Source: Perkinsela sp. CCAP 1560/9
Taxonomy: Eukaryota; Protista; Euglenozoa: Kinetoplastea
DNA: 64,000 bases
NCBI GenBank assembly: GCA_965644495.1
Contig: CBFFSA010000002.1
Span: 1,302,001 to 1,366,000, forward strand
Direction of reading: 5' to 3'
Under the pieces are notes generated by a model. The model did not search any database and was not told the DNA's origin. It saw only the letters and a list, made by a program, of their open reading frames with translations. How positions within the stretch are numbered: the stretch's first letter is position 1; the number at the start of each line of letters is the position of its first letter. This document shows positions 28,586 to 38,575 of this stretch, piece after piece. Both the position numbers and the translations under genes were made by a program.

Positions 28586-31500
28586 TCAATATTGGTGAAA
28601 CGCAGATACATCTTCCGGGCGTATGTTACAGCCCTTCAGCGTATTAAACAGTCGAATAGAGGTATCAAATCGTCGAGGGTGCGATTGCGGAGTTTTTCTT
28701 GCCGAACAAGGAACACCCTTTCCGGTCAAAATCCGGGGTTTGTCACTCATCCATATCCCTTCTTCGACAAGAAAAGTAAATACGTCTCTCATTGCAACAC
28801 TAAAACTCACCAGACGTCCTGCAAGAGCTCGTGTGACGCGCAGAGACAGTGCCTCGACGTTTGGTAGATCGCCTAAACGCAATCGACGACGAACAATCGC
28901 ACGCCGATAAGGACTCAGATGTTTCACTTGGAGTTTGCGTATGTATTTCTGTGCGTTTTGTAATCTGTCAGAAGGAATGGCATTATCGAGAACAAATGGT
29001 GACACAGATCTATTGTGATCTCCAGAGTAGTTACTTTGTGAAACATTTTTTGTTGATTGCGCTTTTGATGGGACACCAAGTGCAGCGTTCATTAATTTGC
29101 GAAAATTGGAAAGTCCTTCAAAATCGAAGTCGGAGGATGCAAGGTCTGAAACTAAACATCCCAGTGCGCCAGATGGTAAGTCCCCAATTCGCATTGACTT
29201 GTAACGCTGTAAGTAGGAAGATAATTCGCGTAATTCGTGCTCACTTTTTGAAAGATTCAGATGAGTGGAATCTAAACGTTGAAGTAGTGCATTTAATAAA
29301 GGCGTCCAGACGTAGTTCACTTTATTTGTTTCGTCATTTACAGAGCCTCGTCGAAGTTGTGATCTGATACGAGAAGCTAGGTTTAGTGAAACATTCTTCG
29401 AAAATCCGGGTAAGTCTGATGACTGAATATCTCTTTCGCTCTCTTGAAAATTAAACGTCCCGTCACGAAATTGGGTTAGCAGCTGTTCGATGCGACGAAG
29501 ACGCCGCAGAAGAACGAGCACTGAGGCGCGAGTGCCCTCAACTACATCGTATATCGCCACCCCCAATGAAGTATCTTTCGCGCTCAAGGGATTAAAAAAA
29601 TGAGTTTGTAGAAAATGCGCAACGAGGCTAGTGGACCACGCCTCGGAACTCCTTGGTCCGTCTTCCCAGGAAACCCATTGCATCCAATGCGTAGAACTAG
29701 AGTTGAAATGCGAATTGAGCGCATAAAGCAGAGCATGCAGGCCAGAGGAAATATCTGATTTCATGTTCAGTAATGCAACGTCGCTTGAATCACTTTGTTT
29801 TCCCCCAATGGCGGCTTCCTCGACAATCAATCTGTATACACCTTCGAGCGTTTCCCCTGCTAGATCGTTTTGTAAAACACTAGAAATATCTCCGGGAGAT
29901 GTGATTTGTGACATTCTTTCCACAGAAAAATAAATTTGATCAGAAAGCGTGTTTACACTTCGTATCCAAAGTTTTGCCAATAATTGCTTGCGCACTCCTG
30001 AGAAGGGTGCTGCATTGGTACGACCTGTATTCAGGTAGAGTAATGGAATCAGTTTTTTGTGGAAGTTATTTACTGTTTGATCGAATTGCAAACCGCTCAG
30101 ACTATTCCCTCGGATAAAAGAGCGGTCGAATGCGTTCCATACAGTCAAGCCTGTACATGACTCTTCACTTTTTATTGTCTGTAGAAAGGGCTCGATTTTA
30201 TCGTCTTCGACTGGCCCGATACCATTCAATGATGAATCTATGGTGCTGGGTGCTGTAAAAAGCCGAAATGGAAGATCCTCTTTGCATAGTTCGAAATAAA
30301 AGTTTGAACGTGCATCAGAAATAGCGCGCAATAAATTTGAAATGCCAGTTTGCTTTAACTGGCAACTTTCTATCTTGCCACGCGTAATACGTTCCCTGTA
30401 TACCGGAAGGGCCCTTCGGTTTTGGTAACATGCTGATCTCAAGAAGTCATGATCTTCTTCCTTTCTTGATTTTCTCCTCGCTTGAGGAATCGTGTTGGCA
30501 GGATAAATTCTTGCGTCGGAAGTACGCAAACCACCCTCATCATCATCTTCACATCGCATTGCCGAGCTTGAATCGAGTAGGGTTTCAAATTGCCGAATCG
30601 CATATTGAATTAAACTCAGCACTGGAGGCAGCGTATTAGAAAAGAGGTCTACTATAGTTTTCGATACCATCTTTTCGCTGCAGCATGTCTGGGCAAGGTA
30701 ATTTAAACGAACGAGTTCGTTCTCGTATTCACTTTGTAGCGCGAAGAGATCTTCTGCTAGCCACGCCATGCCGGACTCCGAAGATGAATTCTGCATCTCG
30801 TAAATAGCAGGGGACGAATCTTGCGGTTCCTCACATAAGCTACGGTAATAGTTCACTAACGATCCAGAAATCATGTTCAGAGCATGACGAAAAAACTGTA
30901 TGCACTCAAAAACATAATCGAATACGACTCCATTACTACAAGCTGGGATCCGCTGTGACGGAATGTCATACTTATGGTCACGGCTGTCGCGTGCAGTGTC
31001 GAGAAGAAAAGAGATTAGATCTTTTCTGCCTCGAGCCGCGTATCCGTACTGCAATGTGTGATGTTGTGCTCGACGCGAACTGGCGTCACTGTACCCTTTC
31101 TCTCTCATACTTTCTGCGCTATGCTGCAATTTTGCAAAAGCGCGGTGCAATTCATTCCAATCGGACGGGTCTGATGGGAGTGGATCCTCGAATGGATCTT
31201 CGATGTTTCGAAAACCTGGCGGCGTGTTGCCCGAAAGTAACGCTATCAAAAAGGTCGTACATTTTTCTATCGAACTCATGTGTTGCTTTGTGGTTAATGA
31301 ATCAATCAGGAGAGAGTAGTCTGCCTGAGCACGTAGTAATTGCAACGTAAGCTGTACCCGAAGACGGCGCGCAATCTCGAAAGCAACTAAATTTTCTCGA
31401 ACCATAAATTGTGTGAGAGCGTGGAGCACTATATTATGTGCTGTCGCAGTCTGGTTAAGCAACTGAGGGTCATCCTCTGCCGAGAGTGAAAATCTCGTGG

Positions 31501-31807
31501 GAGTTAAGCGAGGAGATATTTCTTCTTTTTCGGAGGCCGATATTGCAATGACGTCCGTTTGATCCCGACAGCTTTCTTCATCAGACGGGGCGAACACAAT
31601 TGGAAGAAGATACAGCAATCTGCCCTCCAGAATTTCCGTGGAAATGGAGTCATCGCTAAGAGCTCTATGGAGTGTACGTAACTGTTGGTGTGAATAAGCA
31701 GGCGGAGACTGTCTATGTAACTCCTCGACTGCAGCTACAGATTCGGCTGAAAATAGAATCACTACCAAGCTTATAAACAGACAGGTACTGCGACACCGAA
31801 TTATCAT
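28586..31807 (-). CDS. Large predicted secreted, mostly helical protein of unknown function
   Basis: 1073-aa ORF with signal peptide (CLFISLVVILFSAESVAA); no known domain recognised. Confidence 0.85.
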   Translation of the reverse strand: MIIRCRSTCLFISLVVILFSAESVAAVEELHRQSPPAYSHQQLRTLHRALSDDSISTEILEGRLLYLLPIVFAPSDEESCRDQTDVIAISASEKEEISPRLTPTRFSLSAEDDPQLLNQTATAHNIVLHALTQFMVRENLVAFEIARRLRVQLTLQLLRAQADYSLLIDSLTTKQHMSSIEKCTTFLIALLSGNTPPGFRNIEDPFEDPLPSDPSDWNELHRAFAKLQHSAESMREKGYSDASSRRAQHHTLQYGYAARGRKDLISFLLDTARDSRDHKYDIPSQRIPACSNGVVFDYVFECIQFFRHALNMISGSLVNYYRSLCEEPQDSSPAIYEMQNSSSESGMAWLAEDLFALQSEYENELVRLNYLAQTCCSEKMVSKTIVDLFSNTLPPVLSLIQYAIRQFETLLDSSSAMRCEDDDEGGLRTSDARIYPANTIPQARRKSRKEEDHDFLRSACYQNRRALPVYRERITRGKIESCQLKQTGISNLLRAISDARSNFYFELCKEDLPFRLFTAPSTIDSSLNGIGPVEDDKIEPFLQTIKSEESCTGLTVWNAFDRSFIRGNSLSGLQFDQTVNNFHKKLIPLLYLNTGRTNAAPFSGVRKQLLAKLWIRSVNTLSDQIYFSVERMSQITSPGDISSVLQNDLAGETLEGVYRLIVEEAAIGGKQSDSSDVALLNMKSDISSGLHALLYALNSHFNSSSTHWMQWVSWEDGPRSSEAWSTSLVAHFLQTHFFNPLSAKDTSLGVAIYDVVEGTRASVLVLLRRLRRIEQLLTQFRDGTFNFQESERDIQSSDLPGFSKNVSLNLASRIRSQLRRGSVNDETNKVNYVWTPLLNALLQRLDSTHLNLSKSEHELRELSSYLQRYKSMRIGDLPSGALGCLVSDLASSDFDFEGLSNFRKLMNAALGVPSKAQSTKNVSQSNYSGDHNRSVSPFVLDNAIPSDRLQNAQKYIRKLQVKHLSPYRRAIVRRRLRLGDLPNVEALSLRVTRALAGRLVSFSVAMRDVFTFLVEEGIWMSDKPRILTGKGVPCSARKTPQSHPRRFDTSIRLFNTLKGCNIRPEDVSAFHQY

Positions 31808-32210
31808 GTCGTTAAAAAGTACAGTTAGACATGGTTTGGTGCAAAATGGATAGAAATAGGGTACAAAGGGACTAATAATTACTCTTGATGCAGTGGTAGT
31901 TGAATAGTGCGTATGAGATTATTGATACAGAGCTGATAACAAGAACAACATCGACGCGATAAAATACGCAGATTAATCGTGTGCGAGCAATTTCCTATAA
32001 CATGAATTCACCGGGTGCTTACGTAATGTACCTCGCTTTTAATAATTTCCATGCGCAAAGCTACGCATCTTTATCCCACAAAAAACAAGAGCTACTTTAC
32101 TATCTATTTCATACAAAAAAACTGTACAACTACAATATATTCCTGACTATATTTCTATCGGTGTGTCCACAGACACGATTATTCGCACCGAATTACATAC
32201 ATAACACCTC

Positions 32211-35200
32211 CTAGTCATCATGCACTATAAAAGATCCCGTCACGGAAAACGGGGGAGGGGCACTCGACCCGTTACTCGGACCGCCACGGGTTTCGTTTTT
32301 CTTCTTTTCCTCCCCCTCCTGCACTGCCATAGTGCCTGTGGTATCGGAACTTGTTGCGCCCAGCCCAGAGGAAGACACGGGGATGGCCTTGGCCGCACCT
32401 GGATGCCGCCGGGCTAAATTTTCCGACCCTGCACGTGGCGTGGTGGCCACTCGAGACTCCGGATCACACAACAACTCGAGCACTTGTGATTTCCATTTCG
32501 GAGTCTGCGGGAAGGGACTCTCGCCCTCGTGGGACGCAATCCCGAGCGCAAAATGCAGTACAGGGAGAACATGCTCGCGGTAGAATGTATTTCGCAGCGC
32601 CACATACCGTGACAGTGCCGGGGAGATGGCATCCGCAATATCCTCCGCCTGCTGCGCCCCTCCGGCCGACAACGTCGAGGCCTCCACCAAATTCGCGGAC
32701 AGCAGCGCGGCCTCCCCGACTTTCTTCGCCTCCTGGAGCGCTCTCACCAACGTAGCCTTCTGCACCCTCATCTGGGACTGCTGCATCGCCCCCCGCTTCA
32801 CGGGGCGAGTCCCTCTCTCCACACTCTCCACCATACGATCCACAAACGAGGCAAACTGACCTAAAAACCCCGTCTCTCGCGACAACCCACGTTGAATTAC
32901 CATCACGTGCCGTAACACTTTCACCTTGGACAGCCCCGACAAACTTTGTACCAACCCATGTCGAAACTGGTTTTGTACTTTTTTCGAATCCTCTACCGCT
33001 TTTTCCTTGTCTCCTTTTCGTCCTTCTTTTTCCTGTCTTATCCCCTCCCCCCTGACCACCACCGCCACCGGCAGCGGGATCGCCCCCGCCTCCCCGGCCC
33101 ACGCGTGGAGCATACACGCCTTGATCTCCAGGTTGCGCCGGTCCTTGTTCCCGACCCCCACCGGGGGGCGCAGCGCGCGGAAGAGCTCCTCGGTGAGGTG
33201 ACGACGGAACGGGGCGCCGTCCTTGCTGGGGGCGTTGCGGACTTCGGTGAGGACCTCGAGAAGGGCACGGAGACGGTGGCGCTCGAGCTGGGGACCGGTG
33301 AGAAGAGTGGAGGGGTGGAGGGTGGAGAGGCGGGAGCCCTTGCGCACGGCCCGGGTACGGCGGGAGGAAGAGGAGGAAGAGATAGAGGGGTTGAACAGAT
33401 GAGAGGCGGTACGTTTGTGGTGTACAACAGTCGGTTTTTGGGGGGATTTGAGGTGACTGGGGTATCGGGAGGAGGGGGTTTCGGGGATATCCTCACTTGC
33501 GGAGAGGGGAGTTGAGGAGGGGATTTGGGTGTCGGGTTTTGGGGTTTTGGATGCTGTTGCTTCTTCCCCTTCTAAGGCGGCATTGGTGTTGAGAGTTTCA
33601 AGGGCGACGGCGGTGGTGAGGGATTCTAGGACGGAGGAGACCCCGAGACGGTGAAAATCCAGAGCCAGGTCGACGACAGCTTCGACCTCAGCGCGAACAA
33701 TGCTCTCGCGATGGGGTCCGAGTACGGGGGCGAAACGGCGGGCTTGGAGTAAGGGTGCGCGTAACGTCGCCTCGCTTTCGAATACGATGGGGCCGTCGTA
33801 GAGATCTTCCCACTCAAAGGCTTCTTGTAGAATGTTCTCCCGCAAGAGGCGCACGTCCTCTTCTTTCGGGACGGACTCCGATACTCCTGACACGACCGAA
33901 ATCCCTTGACTGGGTAGCACATTGAGAAAATCCCCCACAGCGGTGTCCCAGCGCGTATAAACCTGTGTACGACGTCGTTGGACGAGATCTAGTACATGGA
34001 GAAGAGAACGCTCATGAACGGGGGCTACTAAGAGCGATTTCCCTGACTCGATCTGGGCGGGGTTCATTTTGCTTTGTTCCACACGTAGCCGCACGACGAC
34101 ACCCAGGGCGTTTTGCAACTCATTGGTACCGTCCACCAAGGCGGCTGTGACGGAGTGGTGAAAAGTTTTCGCCGCGTCTCGGATAGGGTCCTCGAAGACG
34201 GAGCGCAGCGAGGAGGGGGCCTCCCGCTTCTCCTGCTCTGTTGCGGTACATATTTTCGTCTTTATAATATCCATGGCATCGTAGGTGTTGATTTCTGTTT
34301 TCAGAGCGAGCTCAATTTCAGAAAGGGGGACGCGAAGAAGGTCGCGCACGTGGGTGGCGGCTTCAAGTTCAGAAGCAGAGCCTGCGTCGTCGGAGGTGAG
34401 GGAGCGATCGTTTAGGAATTGCCGCGCTGTTTCGTGTTGGATACCTACCCCGGACCACTGCCGAGAGGTTAACATTATTCTTTTCCACGAATTCGTGACT
34501 TTTTCAACACTCTCTGTGCGGCGCTCTGCTTTGTGCTGTGATGATGCAAGCGACAGGATGTACGATGCCAGGCTTTTGATTTCGGTAAGTTGAGGAGCGA
34601 GAGTAAATTCTTCCTGAAACAGGGGTGGGACATCTTGCACATCAACAGCAGCACGGAGCACAATACTTTCCAACAGAAGCCGTCGTTCAAGGGCTCTGGC
34701 TACCCGCTTTCTGGTGACCATTAAAGAGCGAAAAAATTGAGCCAAGCGCCTTCGCTTGCGAGCTGCGTTGTCCTCATCATCGTCGGATGCAGGGGAGGAG
34801 GAGAGTGAGCCTAGTTTTTCGAAGCCTCGGGGACCAAAAGCCACGTAGCGCATCACATCTTGGAGTAAATAAGACTTACCGTCCGGCAACGCCTCTGCGT
34901 CGGCAGATTTGGGGCCTTGCTTCGCACAGAAAGCCTCCTCTTTTTCTGGGGAAATAAAAATTTCTTGTACAGCTTTTAGAGCTTCCTCCTCAGTTAGTCG
35001 AGAGCCGTGTAGAAAAGCCATAGTTCGTGGGCTCTCCGTTTGCGATGATGATGGTTCTCCTGGGGATTTTAAATTGATCTTCGAAACAGATGTAAAACCC
35101 AAGGCCTGGCCCAAAGATGGAGGTTTAGAACCCTCCACGCCGCCTTCGCTGCTTTCGATCACATCGTCCACAACATCTTTCCTCGTATCACCGGGCGAGC

Positions 35201-35537
35201 AATTCGAAGAAGAAAACGGGAAGCACATGACGGAAGAAATGATGCCACAAATTCTCTGAAGCACTTGTACAAAGAATATAAAAATTCGACGAAAAACGCT
35301 TACAGAAGGTGGAAAATCTTCCACCGATTCGCCATCGGTGGAAGATTTAAAGAACTCTTGCTCGTTAGAGACTCCGGAGCCGATGTCGCCAACTTCGGCC
35401 TTAGCAGAAACACGTTGAAGTGACGACAGGCTCAGCAGAGATCCTTTTAACGTTGGCCGAGGTACATCACGCCTAGGCACCAGACAGCACACCAGAAGAG
35501 CGACAACGACATGAAACCAACGGCAACTAAGCTTCAT
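32211..35537 (-). CDS. Large predicted secreted/membrane protein of unknown function
   Basis: 1108-aa ORF with signal peptide (WFHVVVALLVCCLVP) and a second hydrophobic Cys-containing segment. Confidence 0.85.
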   Translation of the reverse strand: MKLSCRWFHVVVALLVCCLVPRRDVPRPTLKGSLLSLSSLQRVSAKAEVGDIGSGVSNEQEFFKSSTDGESVEDFPPSVSVFRRIFIFFVQVLQRICGIISSVMCFPFSSSNCSPGDTRKDVVDDVIESSEGGVEGSKPPSLGQALGFTSVSKINLKSPGEPSSSQTESPRTMAFLHGSRLTEEEALKAVQEIFISPEKEEAFCAKQGPKSADAEALPDGKSYLLQDVMRYVAFGPRGFEKLGSLSSSPASDDDEDNAARKRRRLAQFFRSLMVTRKRVARALERRLLLESIVLRAAVDVQDVPPLFQEEFTLAPQLTEIKSLASYILSLASSQHKAERRTESVEKVTNSWKRIMLTSRQWSGVGIQHETARQFLNDRSLTSDDAGSASELEAATHVRDLLRVPLSEIELALKTEINTYDAMDIIKTKICTATEQEKREAPSSLRSVFEDPIRDAAKTFHHSVTAALVDGTNELQNALGVVVRLRVEQSKMNPAQIESGKSLLVAPVHERSLLHVLDLVQRRRTQVYTRWDTAVGDFLNVLPSQGISVVSGVSESVPKEEDVRLLRENILQEAFEWEDLYDGPIVFESEATLRAPLLQARRFAPVLGPHRESIVRAEVEAVVDLALDFHRLGVSSVLESLTTAVALETLNTNAALEGEEATASKTPKPDTQIPSSTPLSASEDIPETPSSRYPSHLKSPQKPTVVHHKRTASHLFNPSISSSSSSRRTRAVRKGSRLSTLHPSTLLTGPQLERHRLRALLEVLTEVRNAPSKDGAPFRRHLTEELFRALRPPVGVGNKDRRNLEIKACMLHAWAGEAGAIPLPVAVVVRGEGIRQEKEGRKGDKEKAVEDSKKVQNQFRHGLVQSLSGLSKVKVLRHVMVIQRGLSRETGFLGQFASFVDRMVESVERGTRPVKRGAMQQSQMRVQKATLVRALQEAKKVGEAALLSANLVEASTLSAGGAQQAEDIADAISPALSRYVALRNTFYREHVLPVLHFALGIASHEGESPFPQTPKWKSQVLELLCDPESRVATTPRAGSENLARRHPGAAKAIPVSSSGLGATSSDTTGTMAVQEGEEKKKNETRGGPSNGSSAPPPFSVTGSFIVHDD

Positions 35538-35837
35538 AGGATAATGTTCGTCTAGGCAAGCAAATATCCTTGATTTTGCTTTAACTGATAGAAAATACTG
35601 AGGATAAAAATTACTAAAGAAAGAATAGGCAATGCAGTGGTATACACTATTCTATACAATGCAAGTCATGCCGTTATTAAATTATATAAATTTTAGGTAG
35701 TGTGGAACCTTTATCCCTTTTACTACAATTGTCTGTACAAAACACATCATCACAACATATTTTATGAGAGGAAGTGGTGAAATAAGAAATAAATGCACGC
35801 CTACTGCAGAGTGAAGTGAAGTGCAACCAGCGAACCA

Positions 35838-36761
35838 TTAGTTCTCTTCTTCAGGATTCGATGATCCGCTTCCGTCACTGGATAGAGCGCTAGTCTCCGT
35901 ACCTGGGCAGTCCCCGAGTTCTACTTTTGGTTCGACTTCTGAAGGATCTGTTGAATGAGTTGTACTTTTTTTTATGGATGAAAAATCGAACTGGTGAACC
36001 TGTTCCGTCGTTTCCATATTTTCCCCACCAGACGTCGGAGGATACAACTTAAGGCCTTTTTGAGGTTGCTTGGGAGGTGAAAACCCACCCGGGTAATATG
36101 AAAAAATGGGTAAAGGAGCTGAAGCATGAGGCTCTAGGTAGTCCGGAGTCGTTTCTAGTTGTGTTCGTGATGCTCCTTCAAATACAGGTTTATCATCTAC
36201 GAGTGTGGAGCTCTCGTCCCCGTCCGAGTCACTCGTTCTCTGCATTTCAGATGGCATTGTACTCTGGTTCTTCACCGTAGACGGGGGTTGTTTTTGCGCA
36301 AGAGGAGGCTCGGCTTCGGAATACACTTCCCGTATCCCCTCCATCATCTGGTTAAATTCAGTAACTAACTCGGTTACACCCTCCACGACACCGTCGAAAA
36401 TTCCCATCGAGGAGGAAAATACTGTGGAGACGGAGCACACGGGGAAGCACCCGACACTGGACACGCAACAGCATAGATGGATGATAAGACTAAGGAAGAA
36501 ATGGAAAACAGTGCTAAGAATTCCAAGAGTTGGCGGCGGGGGTTCATCAGGCACGGTACGGTCATACCTTGGCAGGGACCGCTGGTAGAGCTTCTGTGAG
36601 GAATCCGCGTCTGTGTGATATGCAATGTCCGCTACAATACGATCCGCTTCAACCGAAGTGATGGAATGAAGTAAGGAAGAGCTTCCAATGATAGGAGATG
36701 AAAGTCCAGGGCAGATTGTGAGAAAAAGTACTGTGAAAGTGTGAAGCGAAAGAAAAAGCAT
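35838..36761 (-). CDS. Predicted secreted/membrane protein related to the N-terminus of its neighbour (ORF open to 36860)
   Basis: MLFLSLHTFTVLFLTIC signal; VFHFFLSLIIHLCCCVSSVGCFP resembles IFIFFVQVLQRICGIISSVMCFP in 32211..35537. Confidence 0.75.
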   Translation of the reverse strand: MLFLSLHTFTVLFLTICPGLSSPIIGSSSLLHSITSVEADRIVADIAYHTDADSSQKLYQRSLPRYDRTVPDEPPPPTLGILSTVFHFFLSLIIHLCCCVSSVGCFPVCSVSTVFSSSMGIFDGVVEGVTELVTEFNQMMEGIREVYSEAEPPLAQKQPPSTVKNQSTMPSEMQRTSDSDGDESSTLVDDKPVFEGASRTQLETTPDYLEPHASAPLPIFSYYPGGFSPPKQPQKGLKLYPPTSGGENMETTEQVHQFDFSSIKKSTTHSTDPSEVEPKVELGDCPGTETSALSSDGSGSSNPEEEN

Positions 36762-38575
36762 GGAGGTGAATGCGCGTCTAAAGAATATGGAGAAAAACGA
36801 AAAGTTACTTGGCAATATGAAAAAGTGGAGTAAAAGGAATCGGTACATAGCAATCGGCATAAAAATGATGTAACTTTTGTCCGCTGTGCAGCCGGATAGA
36901 CACTTCAGCCCAAACTGTGCGAGGGAATCGAATAAGTCCCTTTCTACACTTTATTATGGCTACTACTAACTTCCCGTCCGGGTTAATGTACCCGCGGTAC
37001 AATAATTAGCTACAGGTGCAATATAAATTCCGAAAATAGTGCAAAAAAATCTCAGAATACGATGGAACGTATTTTTTTAGATTTCGTATTTATCCTCCGT
37101 ACAATGCGTCCGCCTGCTGACGATGAGTTCTTCTAAGATGAATTCTCCTCTCCGGGTTCTGAGAAGTATGTGGGTGGTATCTAGTATGTGGGTAGATCTC
37201 TGAGAAAGTGGGTGGTATTCCAGAGGCAATCCACTTTCCTGAAAATGGTGGTATACAAGAGACATTGCCAATAACTGTGGAAGACCTGGGACCCAACGTA
37301 ACAATGCGTGCATACCTTGATGTTGCCTTCCTCGGTCCTCCCACACTCGTAAAACGTGCGTATAGGATTTGTTACTGGCAGCGTCTGTATACACGAGATA
37401 ATGGATTTCTAAGTCTCACTCGTTCAAAACAGCACCGTATACTTCAGACTACAAGAGCGTAGTGTTCAACCTTGTAAAATCATCTGTCTGACCTCTAGAG
37501 TTCGTGTTTGCGATTTTGTTAACGGAACCCCGAGATAATGTACAATCTTCTACCTGATTTCTTCCCGTAAACCTCGAGAGAGAACTCACACAACTGTTGT
37601 TGCTGACATCGTCACACAGCGGATCCCGGCGTTTGTCCCCCGATGCGCGACGATCTTGGGACGGCTGGGCTTCACATCCGGGACGACTTTTCCGCCTGTT
37701 ATCCCCTTGAAACCGTTTCGGGGCATATTCCTTGTTCGCGGCCAGCGTCTGCAGACGAAGTCGTCCCATCGTGCTCAGTCGGATCGTTTTCTCCTGGGGG
37801 ATATGTGAGCCTTGAGTGTGGGGTAGAGTCCAGGTGCGGCCTACGCGAGCAAGATCACGCACGTCGCTGTGTTTGACACGGCGAAAGGCTTCTTGTACCA
37901 TTCGCTGGGCAGGGTTGGAGCGGCCGCGGATGAGATTCCCTCGAACATGACGTCCAATGGCATAGGCCTTGGCAGACATGAACTGTACTGGATTGCGAAT
38001 GTACATTCGATACGTTCTTGTAAAAAGTAAAAGTAGTCGCAGAAGTAGTAGAGTTCGTCAAAGACGTGCTGCAAAAATTCAGAACCTTCATAAGACATAT
38101 CTTCATATGAAAAAAAGCTTATGTAAACAACTTACTGTGCCCCCCCCCCCACTTATAGTGCCGCGGTTTTCGACCAAACGGCACTATAAGTCCCGGACCC
38201 AACATAGACGATGCTATCAGAGAGCATGTAAAACCCGTAAATGCGAGGCACTCCGTATCATTCGTAATGGGAAAAATGGACATTGGTGAAAAAACTATTT
38301 ATGAGGATGCAAGAACGTAAATCCAAGAGTGAAAGGTAAAGGCAACAATACAAAAGTAATAAAAAACAGGAGAAAGAGAAAGATTTTTAGGCAAAACAAA
38401 ATGCCCATCGAAAATATATACATGTATATATATATATATTTCGCGGCGGAAAGGCCGAATAAGACAGCGATCGGCAGAATATGGCAGAATACGGCAGAAT
38501 AGCCAGTTGCCTCCCCTCTATATTAGGGCCTTATCATAAACACATTATCAATGTAAACTATGCGATCGGGGAATC

